Origin: Sinorhizobium meliloti
GTDB taxonomy: Bacteria > Pseudomonadota > Alphaproteobacteria > Rhizobiales > Rhizobiaceae
Assembly: GCF_017876815.1 (NCBI RefSeq)
Contig: NZ_JAGIOS010000002.1
Span: 750,001 to 782,000 of the forward strand
Direction of reading: 5' to 3'
Length of the DNA: 32,000 bases
The notes below the pieces were generated by a model. The model worked only from the letters and a program-made list of their open reading frames with translations. It searched no databases and was not told the origin of the DNA. The position numbers were made by a program, and so were the translations under genes. Positions 1 to 8,328 of the stretch are shown here, piece after piece (positions within the stretch are counted from its first letter, which is position 1; each line of letters begins with the position of its first letter).

Positions 1-1393
1 CGACCTCGAACGCTTCGTCGAGTTCGGTAAGGAAGAGGATGGTGGAACGGCCCGCGGCCGAGATGCGCAGCTTGTTGCCGATGTCCCGGCGCGCGGCGAT
101 GTCGACGCCCTGGAACGGCTCGTCGAGGATGAGCAATCGCGAAGGCTCGCAGAGCCAGCGCCCGACCATCACCTTCTGCTGGTTTCCGCCCGAAAGTGTC
201 TGCATCTCGTCGCGTTCGTTTCGGCAGATCACGCCGAGCGAGGTGATCTGCCCGCGCGCCTTGGCCCTTTCGGCCCTGCGGCTGGATATGCCGCAGCGGG
301 AGAGCTTGCCCAGAAACGGCAGGCTGATGTTCTCGTAGATGTTGAAATCGGGCACGATGCCGCTTTCGGCGCGGTCCTTCGCGACGAGGAAAACGCCGCG
401 CGCAATCGCCTGACCGGTTGCCTTCGGCGCATAGCGCAATCCGTCAAGGGTCATTTCGCCGGCCAGCGGGGAGCGCGCACCAAACAGCGTTTCGGCAAGC
501 GCCGTCTTGCCGACCCCCACTAGGCCGGTGACCGCGACGATCTCGCCGTCAAGGAGATCGAAATCGAAAGGCCGCGCATGGTCGGACAGCTTCAGGCCGC
601 GCACCTTGAAGATCGGCCCGCCGGCCTTGTGCACCGCGATTTTGCCCGCCGAAACCTTGCGGCCCAGCATCGCGTCGACGGCGCCCTCATAGTCGAGATC
701 GGGCCCGTCGAAACGGCCCGTGATCCGGCCATCGCGAAGCGAGACGATGCGGTCGGCGAGGCGGCGGATATCCGACATGCGGTGCGAGATATAGAGAATG
801 GCGACGCCGCGTGCCTTTAGCCGGTCGACGAGATCGAAGAGGCGTTCCGCTTCGGCGCTCGAGAGGGAGGACGTCGGCTCGTCGAGGATAAGCACCTTCG
901 GCTCATGCGACATCGCCCGGGCAATCGCCACCATCTGCCGGTCGGCAAGGGTCAGGTCGTTGACGTTGGCGGCAAGATCGATGGAGAGCCCCATATGGGC
1001 GGCGACCGCAGCCGCCTCGCGCCGGACGCGCCGCGGATTGAAGAAGAACCGCGAGCCACGTCCGTTCAGCCGGTCGAACGTCAGATTGGTTGCGACGTCG
1101 AGGTCGGCGACGACCCCATCATTGATGTTCTGGTGCACGGTGACGACGCCGGCGCGGATCGCCTCGGCAGGCGTCACCGGCTCGAAAGCCGCATCCGCAA
1201 GCGTGATCGCGCCGGAGTCGCGCGCATAGACGCCGGAGAGAATGCGCACGAGGGTGGATTTTCCGGCGCCGTTGGCGCCCATCAAAATCGTTACCGCGCC
1301 GGCCTCAAGATCGAGATCCACCCCTTGGAGAACCTGCACGGGTCCAAAGGATTTGCGCACGCCCTCGATGCGAAACACTGCCTGTCCGCTCAT
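1..1393 (-). CDS. Sugar ABC transporter ATP-binding protein with two fused ATPase domains (CUT2, RbsA/MglA-like). The C-terminal end runs off the window.
   Basis: Absent from the supplied ORF track because there is no stop in the window. My reverse-complement translation from ATG (1393-1391) reads MSGQAVFRIEGVRKSFGPVQVLQGVDLDLEAGAVTILMGANGAGKSTLVRILSG (Walker A), then LILDEPTSSLS (Walker B). The second half has LSGGNQQKVMVGRWL and LILDEPFQGVD. The frame stays open to position 1. Confidence 0.85.
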   Translation of the reverse strand, partial: MSGQAVFRIEGVRKSFGPVQVLQGVDLDLEAGAVTILMGANGAGKSTLVRILSGVYARDSGAITLADAAFEPVTPAEAIRAGVVTVHQNINDGVVADLDVATNLTFDRLNGRGSRFFFNPRRVRREAAAVAAHMGLSIDLAANVNDLTLADRQMVAIARAMSHEPKVLILDEPTSSLSSAEAERLFDLVDRLKARGVAILYISHRMSDIRRLADRIVSLRDGRITGRFDGPDLDYEGAVDAMLGRKVSAGKIAVHKAGGPIFKVRGLKLSDHARPFDFDLLDGEIVAVTGLVGVGKTALAETLFGARSPLAGEMTLDGLRYAPKATGQAIARGVFLVAKDRAESGIVPDFNIYENISLPFLGKLSRCGISSRRAERAKARGQITSLGVICRNERDEMQTLSGGNQQKVMVGRWLCEPSRLLILDEPFQGVDIAARRDIGNKLRISAAGRSTILFLTELDEAFEV

Positions 1394-1431
1394 TGTCTCC
1401 TCCCGACGCTGCACGTTAGGATAGGCTTTCA

Positions 1432-1458
1432 TCAAATGTCAAGGTCATTGACATTTGA
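1432..1458. promoter_or_regulatory. Perfect 11-5-11 inverted repeat TCAAATGTCAA-ggtca-TTGACATTTGA in the divergent ABC/mtnK intergenic region. Candidate shared operator.
   Basis: Counted base by base: 1432-1442 pairs perfectly with 1448-1458. It is AT-rich in a GC-rich context. It carries one TTGACA -35-like hexamer facing each direction. It lies about 40 bp from the ABC start and about 70 bp from the mtnK start. Confidence 0.4.
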
Positions 1459-1528
1459 CAGAATGGTGCCTTAGCTGTGCCATGGCGGCGGGCGGTGGAG
1501 GCCGCGCCATCCGCAGGAGGAGGACGAT

Positions 1529-2800
1529 ATGGACAAGCAAGTCTTCGAGGCGCTCAGCGCCGAGTCATTGCCGCATCGGCTCGGCGGCAATTCCGCTCTC
1601 AGGGAGAAGATCGGCGGGGACGTTTCGCACTGGACCGTCAAGGAGATCGGCGACGGCAACCTCAACCTCGTGTTCATCGTCACGGGCAGCAAAGGCACGG
1701 CGGTCGTCAAGCAGGCCCTGCCCTATGTTCGCCTTGTCGGCGAGAGCTGGCCGCTGCCTCTGAAACGCTCCTTCTTCGAATACCACGCGCTGGTGCGCCA
1801 GGCTGCGCGTGCTCCCGGTATGGTGCCGGAGATTTTCTTCTTCGACGAGACGCAGGCGCTGATCGTCATGGAGTATCTGACACCGCACGTCATCCTGCGC
1901 CGCGCGCTGATCGATGGGCGCGAACTGCCCAATATAGGTTGCGATCTCGGCCTCTTCGCCGCCCGCACGCTTTTCCGCGGCTCGGACCTTTCCATGGCGA
2001 CGCGCGACAAAAAAGCGGACCTGGCACTCTTTGCAGACAATGTCGAACTGTGCGACATCACCGAAAATCTCGTTTTCTCCGACCCTTATTTCGAAGCCGA
2101 TCTCAACCGCCACACCGCGCCGCAGCTCGACCCGATCGTGATAGAGCTCCGCTCCGACCGCGACCTCAAGGTCGAGGCGCAGCGGCTGAAGCATCTCTTC
2201 TCCGCCAAGGCCGAAACGCTCTGCCACGGCGACCTGCATACCGGTTCGGTGATGGTCACGGACGCCGAGACCCGCGTCATAGACCCGGAATTCGCCTTCT
2301 ACGGACCGATCAGCTTCGACGTCGGGATGCTTCTCGCCAATTTCTGGATGAGCTACTTCTCGCAGAGCGGCCAGGAGAGCACCACCGGCGCGCGCGACGG
2401 CATGCGCGCCTATCTGCTCGAGACGATCGAAACGATCTGGGAAACGTTCCGCTCCGAATTTGCCCAGCTCTGGCGGACCGAGCGCATGGGCATCCTCTAC
2501 CAGGCGCGCGTTTTCGAGGACAGGAACGACCCGCTCGGCGCCGAGCAGGCGCTCAACATCGTCATCGACGATATCTGGCGCGAGATGCTGGGCTTTGCCG
2601 GAATTGAGATCCACCGCCGCATTCTCGGCCTCGCCCACAATGCCGATTTCGAAACGATTGCCGATCCCGACCGCCGCGCCGCCTGCGAAAGCAAGGCGTT
2701 GAAGCTCGGACGTCATCTCGCCGTCAATCGGCATCGCATCCACAGCCTCTGGGACATCCGCGCCACGGCGGAGCGGCTTCAGAAGGAGACACTCGCGTGA
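1529..2800 (+). CDS. mtnK: S-methyl-5-thioribose kinase
   Basis: 423-aa ORF with [19 protein letters not shown] and HGDLHTGS motifs typical of MtnK (APH-like kinase fold). The ATG is preceded by AGGAGGAGG. The stop overlaps the next start (GTGA). Confidence 0.92.
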   Translation: MDKQVFEALSAESLPHRLGGNSALREKIGGDVSHWTVKEIGDGNLNLVFIVTGSKGTAVVKQALPYVRLVGESWPLPLKRSFFEYHALVRQAARAPGMVPEIFFFDETQALIVMEYLTPHVILRRALIDGRELPNIGCDLGLFAARTLFRGSDLSMATRDKKADLALFADNVELCDITENLVFSDPYFEADLNRHTAPQLDPIVIELRSDRDLKVEAQRLKHLFSAKAETLCHGDLHTGSVMVTDAETRVIDPEFAFYGPISFDVGMLLANFWMSYFSQSGQESTTGARDGMRAYLLETIETIWETFRSEFAQLWRTERMGILYQARVFEDRNDPLGAEQALNIVIDDIWREMLGFAGIEIHRRILGLAHNADFETIADPDRRAACESKALKLGRHLAVNRHRIHSLWDIRATAERLQKETLA

Positions 2801-3891
2801 AAGTCGGAGACCGTCATTACCATACGATCTGGCTCAACGAGGATGGCCGCTCCGTCGACATCATCGACCAGCGCTGGCTGCCGCACGACTTGCGTGTCGT
2901 GACGCTGAAGACTGTCGCCGACGTGGCCCTCGCCATTCGCGACATGTGGGTGCGCGGCGCGCCGCTGATCGGCGTCACCGCCGCCTACGGCGTTGCCATC
3001 GCCATGACGAAGGACCCATCGGATGCGCATCTTGATGCCGTCTGGGACGAGCTTCACCAAACGCGGCCGACCGCCATCAACCTGCGTTGGGCGCTCGACG
3101 CGATGCGGGACCATCTGCGCCCGCTGCCGGAAGCAGGACGCGCGGACGCCGCCTACCAGCGCGCCACGGAAATCGCGGAAGAGGACATCGAACTCAACCG
3201 CGCCATCGGCGCGAACGGCCTCAAGGTCATCCGCCAAATCGCCGCCAAGAAGAAGCCGGGCGAGCCGGTTCGCATCCTCACCCACTGCAATGCCGGCTGG
3301 CTGGCGACCGTCGATTACGGCACCGCGACGGCGCCGATCTACATGGCGGTCGAGGAAGGCATACCGGTGCACGTCTATGTCGACGAGACGCGGCCGCGCA
3401 ACCAGGGCGCCTATCTCACCGCCTGGGAGATGAGCAGCCATGGCGTGCCGCACACGCTGATCGTCGACAATGCCGGCGGCCATCTCATGCAGCACGGCGA
3501 CGTGGACTTGGTGATCGTCGGCACCGACCGCACCACGGCCAATGGCGACGTCTGCAACAAGATCGGCACCTACCTCAAGGCGCTCGCCGCACGGGATAAC
3601 GGCGTGCCCTTCTATGTCGCTCTGCCGTCGCCGACGATCGACTGGACGGTCCATGACGGGGTCAAGGAAATTCCGATCGAGGAACGGCCCGGCGACGAGG
3701 TGAGCTTCGTGCAGGGACGCGCGTCCGACGGCTCCATCGCCAGCGTGCGCATCTCGCCGGAGGGCAGTCCCGCGGCAAATCCCGCCTTCGACGTGACGCC
3801 CGCACGCCTGATCACCGGCCTTATCACCGAGCGCGGCATCGCCACGCCGTCACCGGAAGGGCTTAAAGCGCTCTTCCCCGAACGGCGTTGA
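2797..3891 (+). CDS. mtnA: S-methyl-5-thioribose-1-phosphate isomerase (eIF-2B-related family)
   Basis: 364-aa ORF. It has [32 protein letters not shown] and [19 protein letters not shown], characteristic of MtnA. The GTG start sits 7 nt after GAAGGAGA and overlaps the mtnK stop by 4 nt. Confidence 0.92.
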   Translation: MKVGDRHYHTIWLNEDGRSVDIIDQRWLPHDLRVVTLKTVADVALAIRDMWVRGAPLIGVTAAYGVAIAMTKDPSDAHLDAVWDELHQTRPTAINLRWALDAMRDHLRPLPEAGRADAAYQRATEIAEEDIELNRAIGANGLKVIRQIAAKKKPGEPVRILTHCNAGWLATVDYGTATAPIYMAVEEGIPVHVYVDETRPRNQGAYLTAWEMSSHGVPHTLIVDNAGGHLMQHGDVDLVIVGTDRTTANGDVCNKIGTYLKALAARDNGVPFYVALPSPTIDWTVHDGVKEIPIEERPGDEVSFVQGRASDGSIASVRISPEGSPAANPAFDVTPARLITGLITERGIATPSPEGLKALFPERR

Positions 3892-3915
3892 GACGATGCC
3901 GCGACCGGACGGCAG

Positions 3916-5121
3916 TCAGACCTCTATGCTGCGCCGCGAGGCCACGACATAGAGCCCGCTCGCGAGGGTCGCGACAGCGCAATAGGTGATGGCGCCGAGC
4001 GGGCCGAAGCTGTCCACGAAGAGCCCGCCGAGGACAGCGCCGCTGGCGATGCCGACCTGGAAGGTCGCGACGATGAGGCCGCCCGTGCTTTCCGCATGGT
4101 CGGGGGCGGCTCGCACCATCCAGGTCTGGACGGCGACGGGCAGCGCCCCGAATGCGAAGCCCCAGAGGGTCACCGCCACGGCCGACACGACATCGAACGA
4201 ACCGAAGGTCACGAGGGCGAACGCCATCGCTGCGATGAGCAGCGTTCCGATGCTCACGGCCGCCGTGATGCTGCGTTCGATGATGAGCCCGCCGGCGAGA
4301 TTGCCGAAGAAGCCGCCGGTGCCGTAAGCCAGCAGGATCAGCGAGATCGCCTCGATGCCGAATTCCGGGACGTTTTCGAGGAACGGGCGCACATAGGTGA
4401 AGCCGGCGAAGTGGCCCGAGACGAAAAGCAGGACGGTGATGATCCCGATGCGGATGCTCGGCATGCGCATCAGATCGAAGAGGAGCTTCAGGCTCGGCGC
4501 CGATTGCGGCGGCAGCCGCGGTATGGTCGCCATCTGCACGATCAGCGTTACGGCACCGACCGCCGCAGCCATCAGGAATGCGGCGCGCCAGCCCCAGAGA
4601 TCGCCGATATAGGCGCCTATGGGCGCCGCGCAGACCGTCGCCACCGAGACGCCGGTGAAGACGATCGACATGGCACGCGGCACGAGCGACATCGGCACGA
4701 GACGCAAGGCGATTGCCGCCATCATCGACCAGAAGCCGCCGAGCCCGATGCCGAGGACGACGCGTGCGGCAAGGAGCATGGCGAGATTGGTGGCGAAAGC
4801 CGCAAGCAGGCTGGAGGCGATCAGCGCCAGGGTGAAGCCCCAAAGCACGAGCCGGCGGTCGAACCGGCGCGTGGCGATGGCGATCGTCAGCCCGGCAACC
4901 GCGCCGACGACGGCGGTCGCCGTCACCGCCTGGCCGGCCGTGCCCGTGCTGATACCGAGATCGGCGGCCATCGGCGTCAGAATGCTGACGGGGAGGAATT
5001 CTGCGGTGACGAGGCCGAACACGCCGAGCGCGAGGGAGCCGACCCCGGCCCATGCCGGATCGATTCGCTCCTCGCTTTCCGGTATGAACGTGGCGTCCAG
5101 AGTGGTCGCTGTATCTGTCAT
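3916..5121 (-). CDS. MFS transporter, NepI-like (purine ribonucleoside efflux pump family, DHA1)
   Basis: Multi-TM protein. AEFLPVSILTPMAADLGISTGTAGQAVTATA and LGIGLGGFWSMMAAIALRLVP closely resemble E. coli NepI as I remember it. I place the start at ATG 5121 (MTDTATT), 8 nt after GGAGA, rather than the track's upstream 5208. Confidence 0.8.
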   Translation of the reverse strand: MTDTATTLDATFIPESEERIDPAWAGVGSLALGVFGLVTAEFLPVSILTPMAADLGISTGTAGQAVTATAVVGAVAGLTIAIATRRFDRRLVLWGFTLALIASSLLAAFATNLAMLLAARVVLGIGLGGFWSMMAAIALRLVPMSLVPRAMSIVFTGVSVATVCAAPIGAYIGDLWGWRAAFLMAAAVGAVTLIVQMATIPRLPPQSAPSLKLLFDLMRMPSIRIGIITVLLFVSGHFAGFTYVRPFLENVPEFGIEAISLILLAYGTGGFFGNLAGGLIIERSITAAVSIGTLLIAAMAFALVTFGSFDVVSAVAVTLWGFAFGALPVAVQTWMVRAAPDHAESTGGLIVATFQVGIASGAVLGGLFVDSFGPLGAITYCAVATLASGLYVVASRRSIEV

Positions 5122-5196
5122 AAGAGCGGTCTCCTTGAGAGGGTCCGGCTTAGATAAGGCGTGACGCCCTGGACATTCCATGCTAGAAATTCCGCA

Positions 5197-6183
5197 ATGC
5201 TTGATCATTCGTCCAAAACATCGTCTTCCGCTTCGGAGGATTTTCTCAGCGAACTCCTGCGCGGACTGCGCCTCGACGGCGTCGACTACGTCCGTTGCGA
5301 ATTGACCGCCCCCTGGGGAATTTCATTTCCGGCGCAGGAGGCGGCGCGCTTCCACTTCATCTGCGGAGACTGCTGGCTACGGGTGGCCGACGGAGACTGG
5401 ATCGAACTGAAGCGCGGCGATGCCGTGCTTCTGCCGCGTGGCGGCGCGCATGCGCTGGCGAGCGCGCCCGGCGAGAAGCTGTCGCCGCTCGAAGCCTATT
5501 CGGTCGAGGAGGTATGCCATTGCGTCTACGACGTCTGCGGCGGCGGGCGCGGCAAAACCACCATCCTTTTCTGCGGCAGTCTGCGGTTCAACATGGATGC
5601 CATGCATCCGTTGCTGCGCATGATGCCCGACGTAATGCGCATCGACGCCCTGACGGCCAGCGAGCCGGCGATCCCGCATATGCTCGACGCCATGGCGCGG
5701 GAAGTCGGCGCCAGCCGCGTCGGCTCCGGCGGCGTGCTGGCGCGGCTCGCCGACGTGCTCGCGGCGCTCATCATCCGCTCCTGGGTGGAGCACGGATGCG
5801 GCAATACGAACGGCTGGGTGGCGGCGGTCCGCCACCCCGGGCTCGGCCGCGTGATCGCGGCCATGCACCTCGATCCGGAAAAGACCTGGACCGTGGATTC
5901 CCTCGCCAAGCTCATGGGCGCCTCGCGCTCCGGCTTCGCGCAGCAGTTCGCCGCCGTGGTCGGCGAGACGCCGGCCCGCTATCTCACGCAAGTGCGCATG
6001 CACCAGGCACGGCAATGGCTGACCCGCGACCGCATGCGCATCTCCGTGGTTGCACGCCGCCTCGGCTATGACTCGGAGGCCTCGTTCAGCCGCGCCTTCA
6101 AGCGTGTGATCGGCCTGCCGCCAAGCCACTATCGCGGCTCCGAACCGCCGGAGGCGCCGACATTCGCCGTCGGCGAGGGGTGA
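5197..6183 (+). CDS. AraC-family transcriptional regulator (N-terminal cupin-type sensor, C-terminal AraC HTH)
   Basis: The C-terminus SRSGFAQQFAAVVGETPARYLTQVRMHQARQWL...LGYDSEASFSRAFKRVIGLPPSHY is a classic AraC double HTH. It is divergent from the MFS gene. The start could be ATG 5197 or the in-frame GTG 5161. Confidence 0.85.
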   Translation: MLDHSSKTSSSASEDFLSELLRGLRLDGVDYVRCELTAPWGISFPAQEAARFHFICGDCWLRVADGDWIELKRGDAVLLPRGGAHALASAPGEKLSPLEAYSVEEVCHCVYDVCGGGRGKTTILFCGSLRFNMDAMHPLLRMMPDVMRIDALTASEPAIPHMLDAMAREVGASRVGSGGVLARLADVLAALIIRSWVEHGCGNTNGWVAAVRHPGLGRVIAAMHLDPEKTWTVDSLAKLMGASRSGFAQQFAAVVGETPARYLTQVRMHQARQWLTRDRMRISVVARRLGYDSEASFSRAFKRVIGLPPSHYRGSEPPEAPTFAVGEG

Positions 6184-6217
6184 GGGAGAGGCAAAGAAGA
6201 CCTATCCTGGAAGTGCT

Positions 6218-6526
6218 TTAGGGCGGCCACTCCTCGGCTGTCCATTCCCGCACGGTGTGGATGACGCGCAGGATCATGACGCTTTGGCGGCCGCCGTGAT
6301 TCATCAGTGCATATGCGATTACATAGGGCAAGCGGGTGATGGACTTCTCGTACGTGCCGATCACCCGCCCCGGCCTCCCGGTCGCCATCTCGCCAAGTGC
6401 TGCAGCCGTGTCGCGAACCCGTCCCGCCACTCTTGCCGCTGAGTCCGGATCTTCCCGTGCAATGAAGAGAACCTGATCCTTGAGGTCGTCCAGAGCTGCA
6501 CGCGACCACTGAACAGGCCGCCTCAA
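6218..6526 (-). CDS. Type II toxin, ParE/RelE superfamily
   Basis: 102-aa ORF. WSRAALDDLKDQVLFIAREDPDSAARV...GRPGRV.GTYE...LPYVIAY......ILRVIHTVR matches the ParE/RelE pattern. The TTG start overlaps the upstream antitoxin's TGA stop (TTGA). Confidence 0.8.
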   Translation of the reverse strand: MRRPVQWSRAALDDLKDQVLFIAREDPDSAARVAGRVRDTAAALGEMATGRPGRVIGTYEKSITRLPYVIAYALMNHGGRQSVMILRVIHTVREWTAEEWPP

Positions 6527-6792
6527 ACTTTGTCGCCCTTACCGGTCTCGGCCTTCCGGATCACGTCGAAAATTTCAGCCATGGCCTCTTCATGCGGAAC
6601 GAGGCGGCCAGCTTCGGCATCGGCCATACCGCGCTTGATCCCGTCGATGATTTCAAGCTCCCGGTCCACATAGGCAGCTACGGCTTCGCCCGCGAGGAAG
6701 GAGCGGCTACGCGAAGTGGCGCTAGCGATCCGATCGAGCTTCTTCTTTAGCTCGGGGCTGACCCGAATGGTCATAGTGGTGCTGACGGGCAT
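6523..6792 (-). CDS. Type II antitoxin, ribbon-helix-helix (CopG/ParD-like)
   Basis: 89-aa ORF. The N-terminus MTIRVSPELKKKLDRIASATSRSRSFLAGEAVAAYV has the RHH beta-strand/helix pattern. It sits immediately upstream of the ParE-type gene and is translationally coupled to it. Confidence 0.75.
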   Translation of the reverse strand: MPVSTTMTIRVSPELKKKLDRIASATSRSRSFLAGEAVAAYVDRELEIIDGIKRGMADAEAGRLVPHEEAMAEIFDVIRKAETGKGDKV

Positions 6793-6813
6793 AATGTTAT
6801 CCTGTATTCGGCT

Positions 6814-6834
6814 GTGTACATGTTAACACATGAT
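6814..6834. promoter_or_regulatory. Cluster of overlapping short palindromes (TGTACA, CATGT-taac-ACATG, GTTAAC) upstream of the RHH antitoxin. Candidate autoregulatory operator.
   Basis: The sequence tgtgtacatgttaacacatga lies 22-42 bp upstream of the antitoxin ATG (6792). RHH antitoxins typically bind such repeats in their own promoter. Confidence 0.3.
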
Positions 6835-6877
6835 GCCGAATCGGTTCAAGGCTATGCCTCTTCGGAGGACGGAGCGC

Positions 6878-7132
6878 TCACCATTGGACCAAGTCATCCC
6901 ACATCTCGTCGTAAGCTTCGCGCTGAAGTGGCTTACTTGCCGCCCCACCAATGACGATCCCGTGCTTCTCTCGAAGCCGTCTTGCCGTCTCCAATGGCTT
7001 TTCCCGATTGCGACGGCGGTCGATAGCCTCCTTCATGGCGGTGACGATCGCCTCTCTTATGCTGAGACCTGCCATACGGGCGAACGTGCGCGTCAAAGCA
7101 TCCGCCTGGGGGTCGTTGATATTGATCGCCAT
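6878..7132 (-). CDS. VapB-type antitoxin (Rv0623/PSK transcription-factor-like), with no cognate toxin gene
   Basis: MAININDPQADALTRTFARMAGLSIREAIVTAMKEAIDRRRNREKPLE...YDEMWDD fits the M.I.I.DP....L...LA...G.S..EAI..A pattern of this antitoxin family. I start it at ATG 7132 rather than the track's 7156. No PIN-type ORF follows it. Confidence 0.6.
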   Translation of the reverse strand: MAININDPQADALTRTFARMAGLSIREAIVTAMKEAIDRRRNREKPLETARRLREKHGIVIGGAASKPLQREAYDEMWDDLVQW

Positions 7133-7230
7133 CGCAGCAGCCCATTCAGATCGCATTCGCTGATAATGCGGGCACTATCCCGTGCAAGCAAGCTCGCGAG
7201 GCGACGGCATGAGAACGCGGCCTGATCCCT

Positions 7231-8316
7231 CTACCGCAAACGCCGCCCGTCTTCGGCGAAGAACCGCCTTCGGTCATCGGGCACGGCGAAAGAAAGTTTT
7301 TCCCCCGCCTGCCAGTTCGGGCCCTCGCGCTGTTCGACGACGAGGCTCTGGCCGTCTTCGAGCTGGCAATAGAGGTAGCGCGTTCCGCCGAGATATTCCG
7401 AGAACTCGACCTGGGCAGCGATCCGTTCCGGCCCCGGCTCCGCCACCGCGATATGTTCGGGCCGTATGCCGAGAAGCAGGCGCTCGCCTTGCTTCAGACT
7501 GCCGCCGTCGATCGCTGCCTCGAGTGTGGTCTCGCCGACCCGGATCGTCCCGTCCCCCTGCCATTCCGCATCGAGGAAATTCATCCGCGGCGAACCGATG
7601 AAGCCTGCCACGAACATGTTGGCCGGGTCCTCGTAAACGTCGCGGGGGCTGCCGGCCTGCTCGATCCGGCCGTCCCGAAGCACGACGATCTGATCGGCCA
7701 GCGTCATCGCTTCCGTCTGATCGTGGGTGACATAGACCATCGTGTTGCCGAGCTCGCGGTGCAGGCGGGCAATCTCGATGCGCATCGAGACGCGCAGTTC
7801 CGCATCGAGGTTGGAAAGCGGCTCGTCGAACAGGAAGACGTCGGGCTTGCGCACGATCGCCCGGCCGATCGCCACGCGCTGGCGCTGGCCTCCGGAAAGC
7901 TGGCCGGGCCTTCGGTCGAGCAGATGGTCGATCTTGAGGATGGCCGAGACCTGCGCGACGCGGCGCGCGATTTCGGCCGGGTCGGTTCGGGCCATCTTGA
8001 GCCCGAAACCGAGATTTTCGCTGACGCTCATATGCGGGTAGAGCGCGTAGGACTGGAAGACCATGGCGATGCCGCGCTCGGAGGGGTCGAGGTCTGTCAC
8101 GTCCCTGCCCTTGATGGCGATCTCCCCCTCGGTCACCTCTTCGAGCCCCGCGATCATGCGCAGCAGGGTCGATTTCCCGCAGCCTGACGGGCCGACGAAA
8201 ACGACGAAATCGCCTTCCTCGATCGTCAGGTCGATGCCATGGATAACCTCCAGGCCGCCATAACTCTTGCGTATGTCGCTGAGCACGACACTCTTGTTGC
8301 TGATGCCGTTCGCCAT
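7231..8316 (-). CDS. CUT1 sugar ABC transporter ATP-binding protein (MalK/UgpC-like)
   Basis: 361-aa ORF with GPSGCGKSTLLRMIAGLE (Walker A), [15 protein letters not shown] (signature), FLFDEPLSNLD (Walker B) and a C-terminal MalK-type regulatory/TOBE region. Confidence 0.92.
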   Translation of the reverse strand: MANGISNKSVVLSDIRKSYGGLEVIHGIDLTIEEGDFVVFVGPSGCGKSTLLRMIAGLEEVTEGEIAIKGRDVTDLDPSERGIAMVFQSYALYPHMSVSENLGFGLKMARTDPAEIARRVAQVSAILKIDHLLDRRPGQLSGGQRQRVAIGRAIVRKPDVFLFDEPLSNLDAELRVSMRIEIARLHRELGNTMVYVTHDQTEAMTLADQIVVLRDGRIEQAGSPRDVYEDPANMFVAGFIGSPRMNFLDAEWQGDGTIRVGETTLEAAIDGGSLKQGERLLLGIRPEHIAVAEPGPERIAAQVEFSEYLGGTRYLYCQLEDGQSLVVEQREGPNWQAGEKLSFAVPDDRRRFFAEDGRRLR

Positions 8317-8328
8317 CCTGGAGATCGC

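Noticed and set aside
1459-1528. Possible SAM or methionine-type riboswitch in the mtnK leader.
   Set aside because: I see only a GC-rich imperfect hairpin (ATGGCG...CGCCAT) and a strong SD. I could not recognise SAM-II/SAM-V-like conserved cores. A covariance-model scan (Rfam) would be needed, and I do not claim one.
3863-5157. Alternative long ORFs over the MFS gene: 3863-5053 minus (396 aa) and 4096-5157 plus (353 aa).
   Set aside because: These are out-of-frame or antisense readings of the NepI-like transporter. Their composition is dominated by R, G, D, H and P, with no TM segments or motifs. The 3916-5121 frame gives a coherent 12-TM-style MFS protein.
6852-6884. 10-codon ORF (MVSAPSSEEA*) overlapping the vapB stop, considered as a gene.
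   Set aside because: It is too short to be a PIN toxin. I treat it only as a possible remnant marking where vapC once started, not as a feature.
6830-7225. 131-aa plus-strand ORF across the vapB region, plus small overlapping ORFs at 6933-7145 and 6951-7163.
   Set aside because: They are antisense or out of frame relative to the VapB-type ORF, which has a recognisable family pattern. They have no motifs and no SD.
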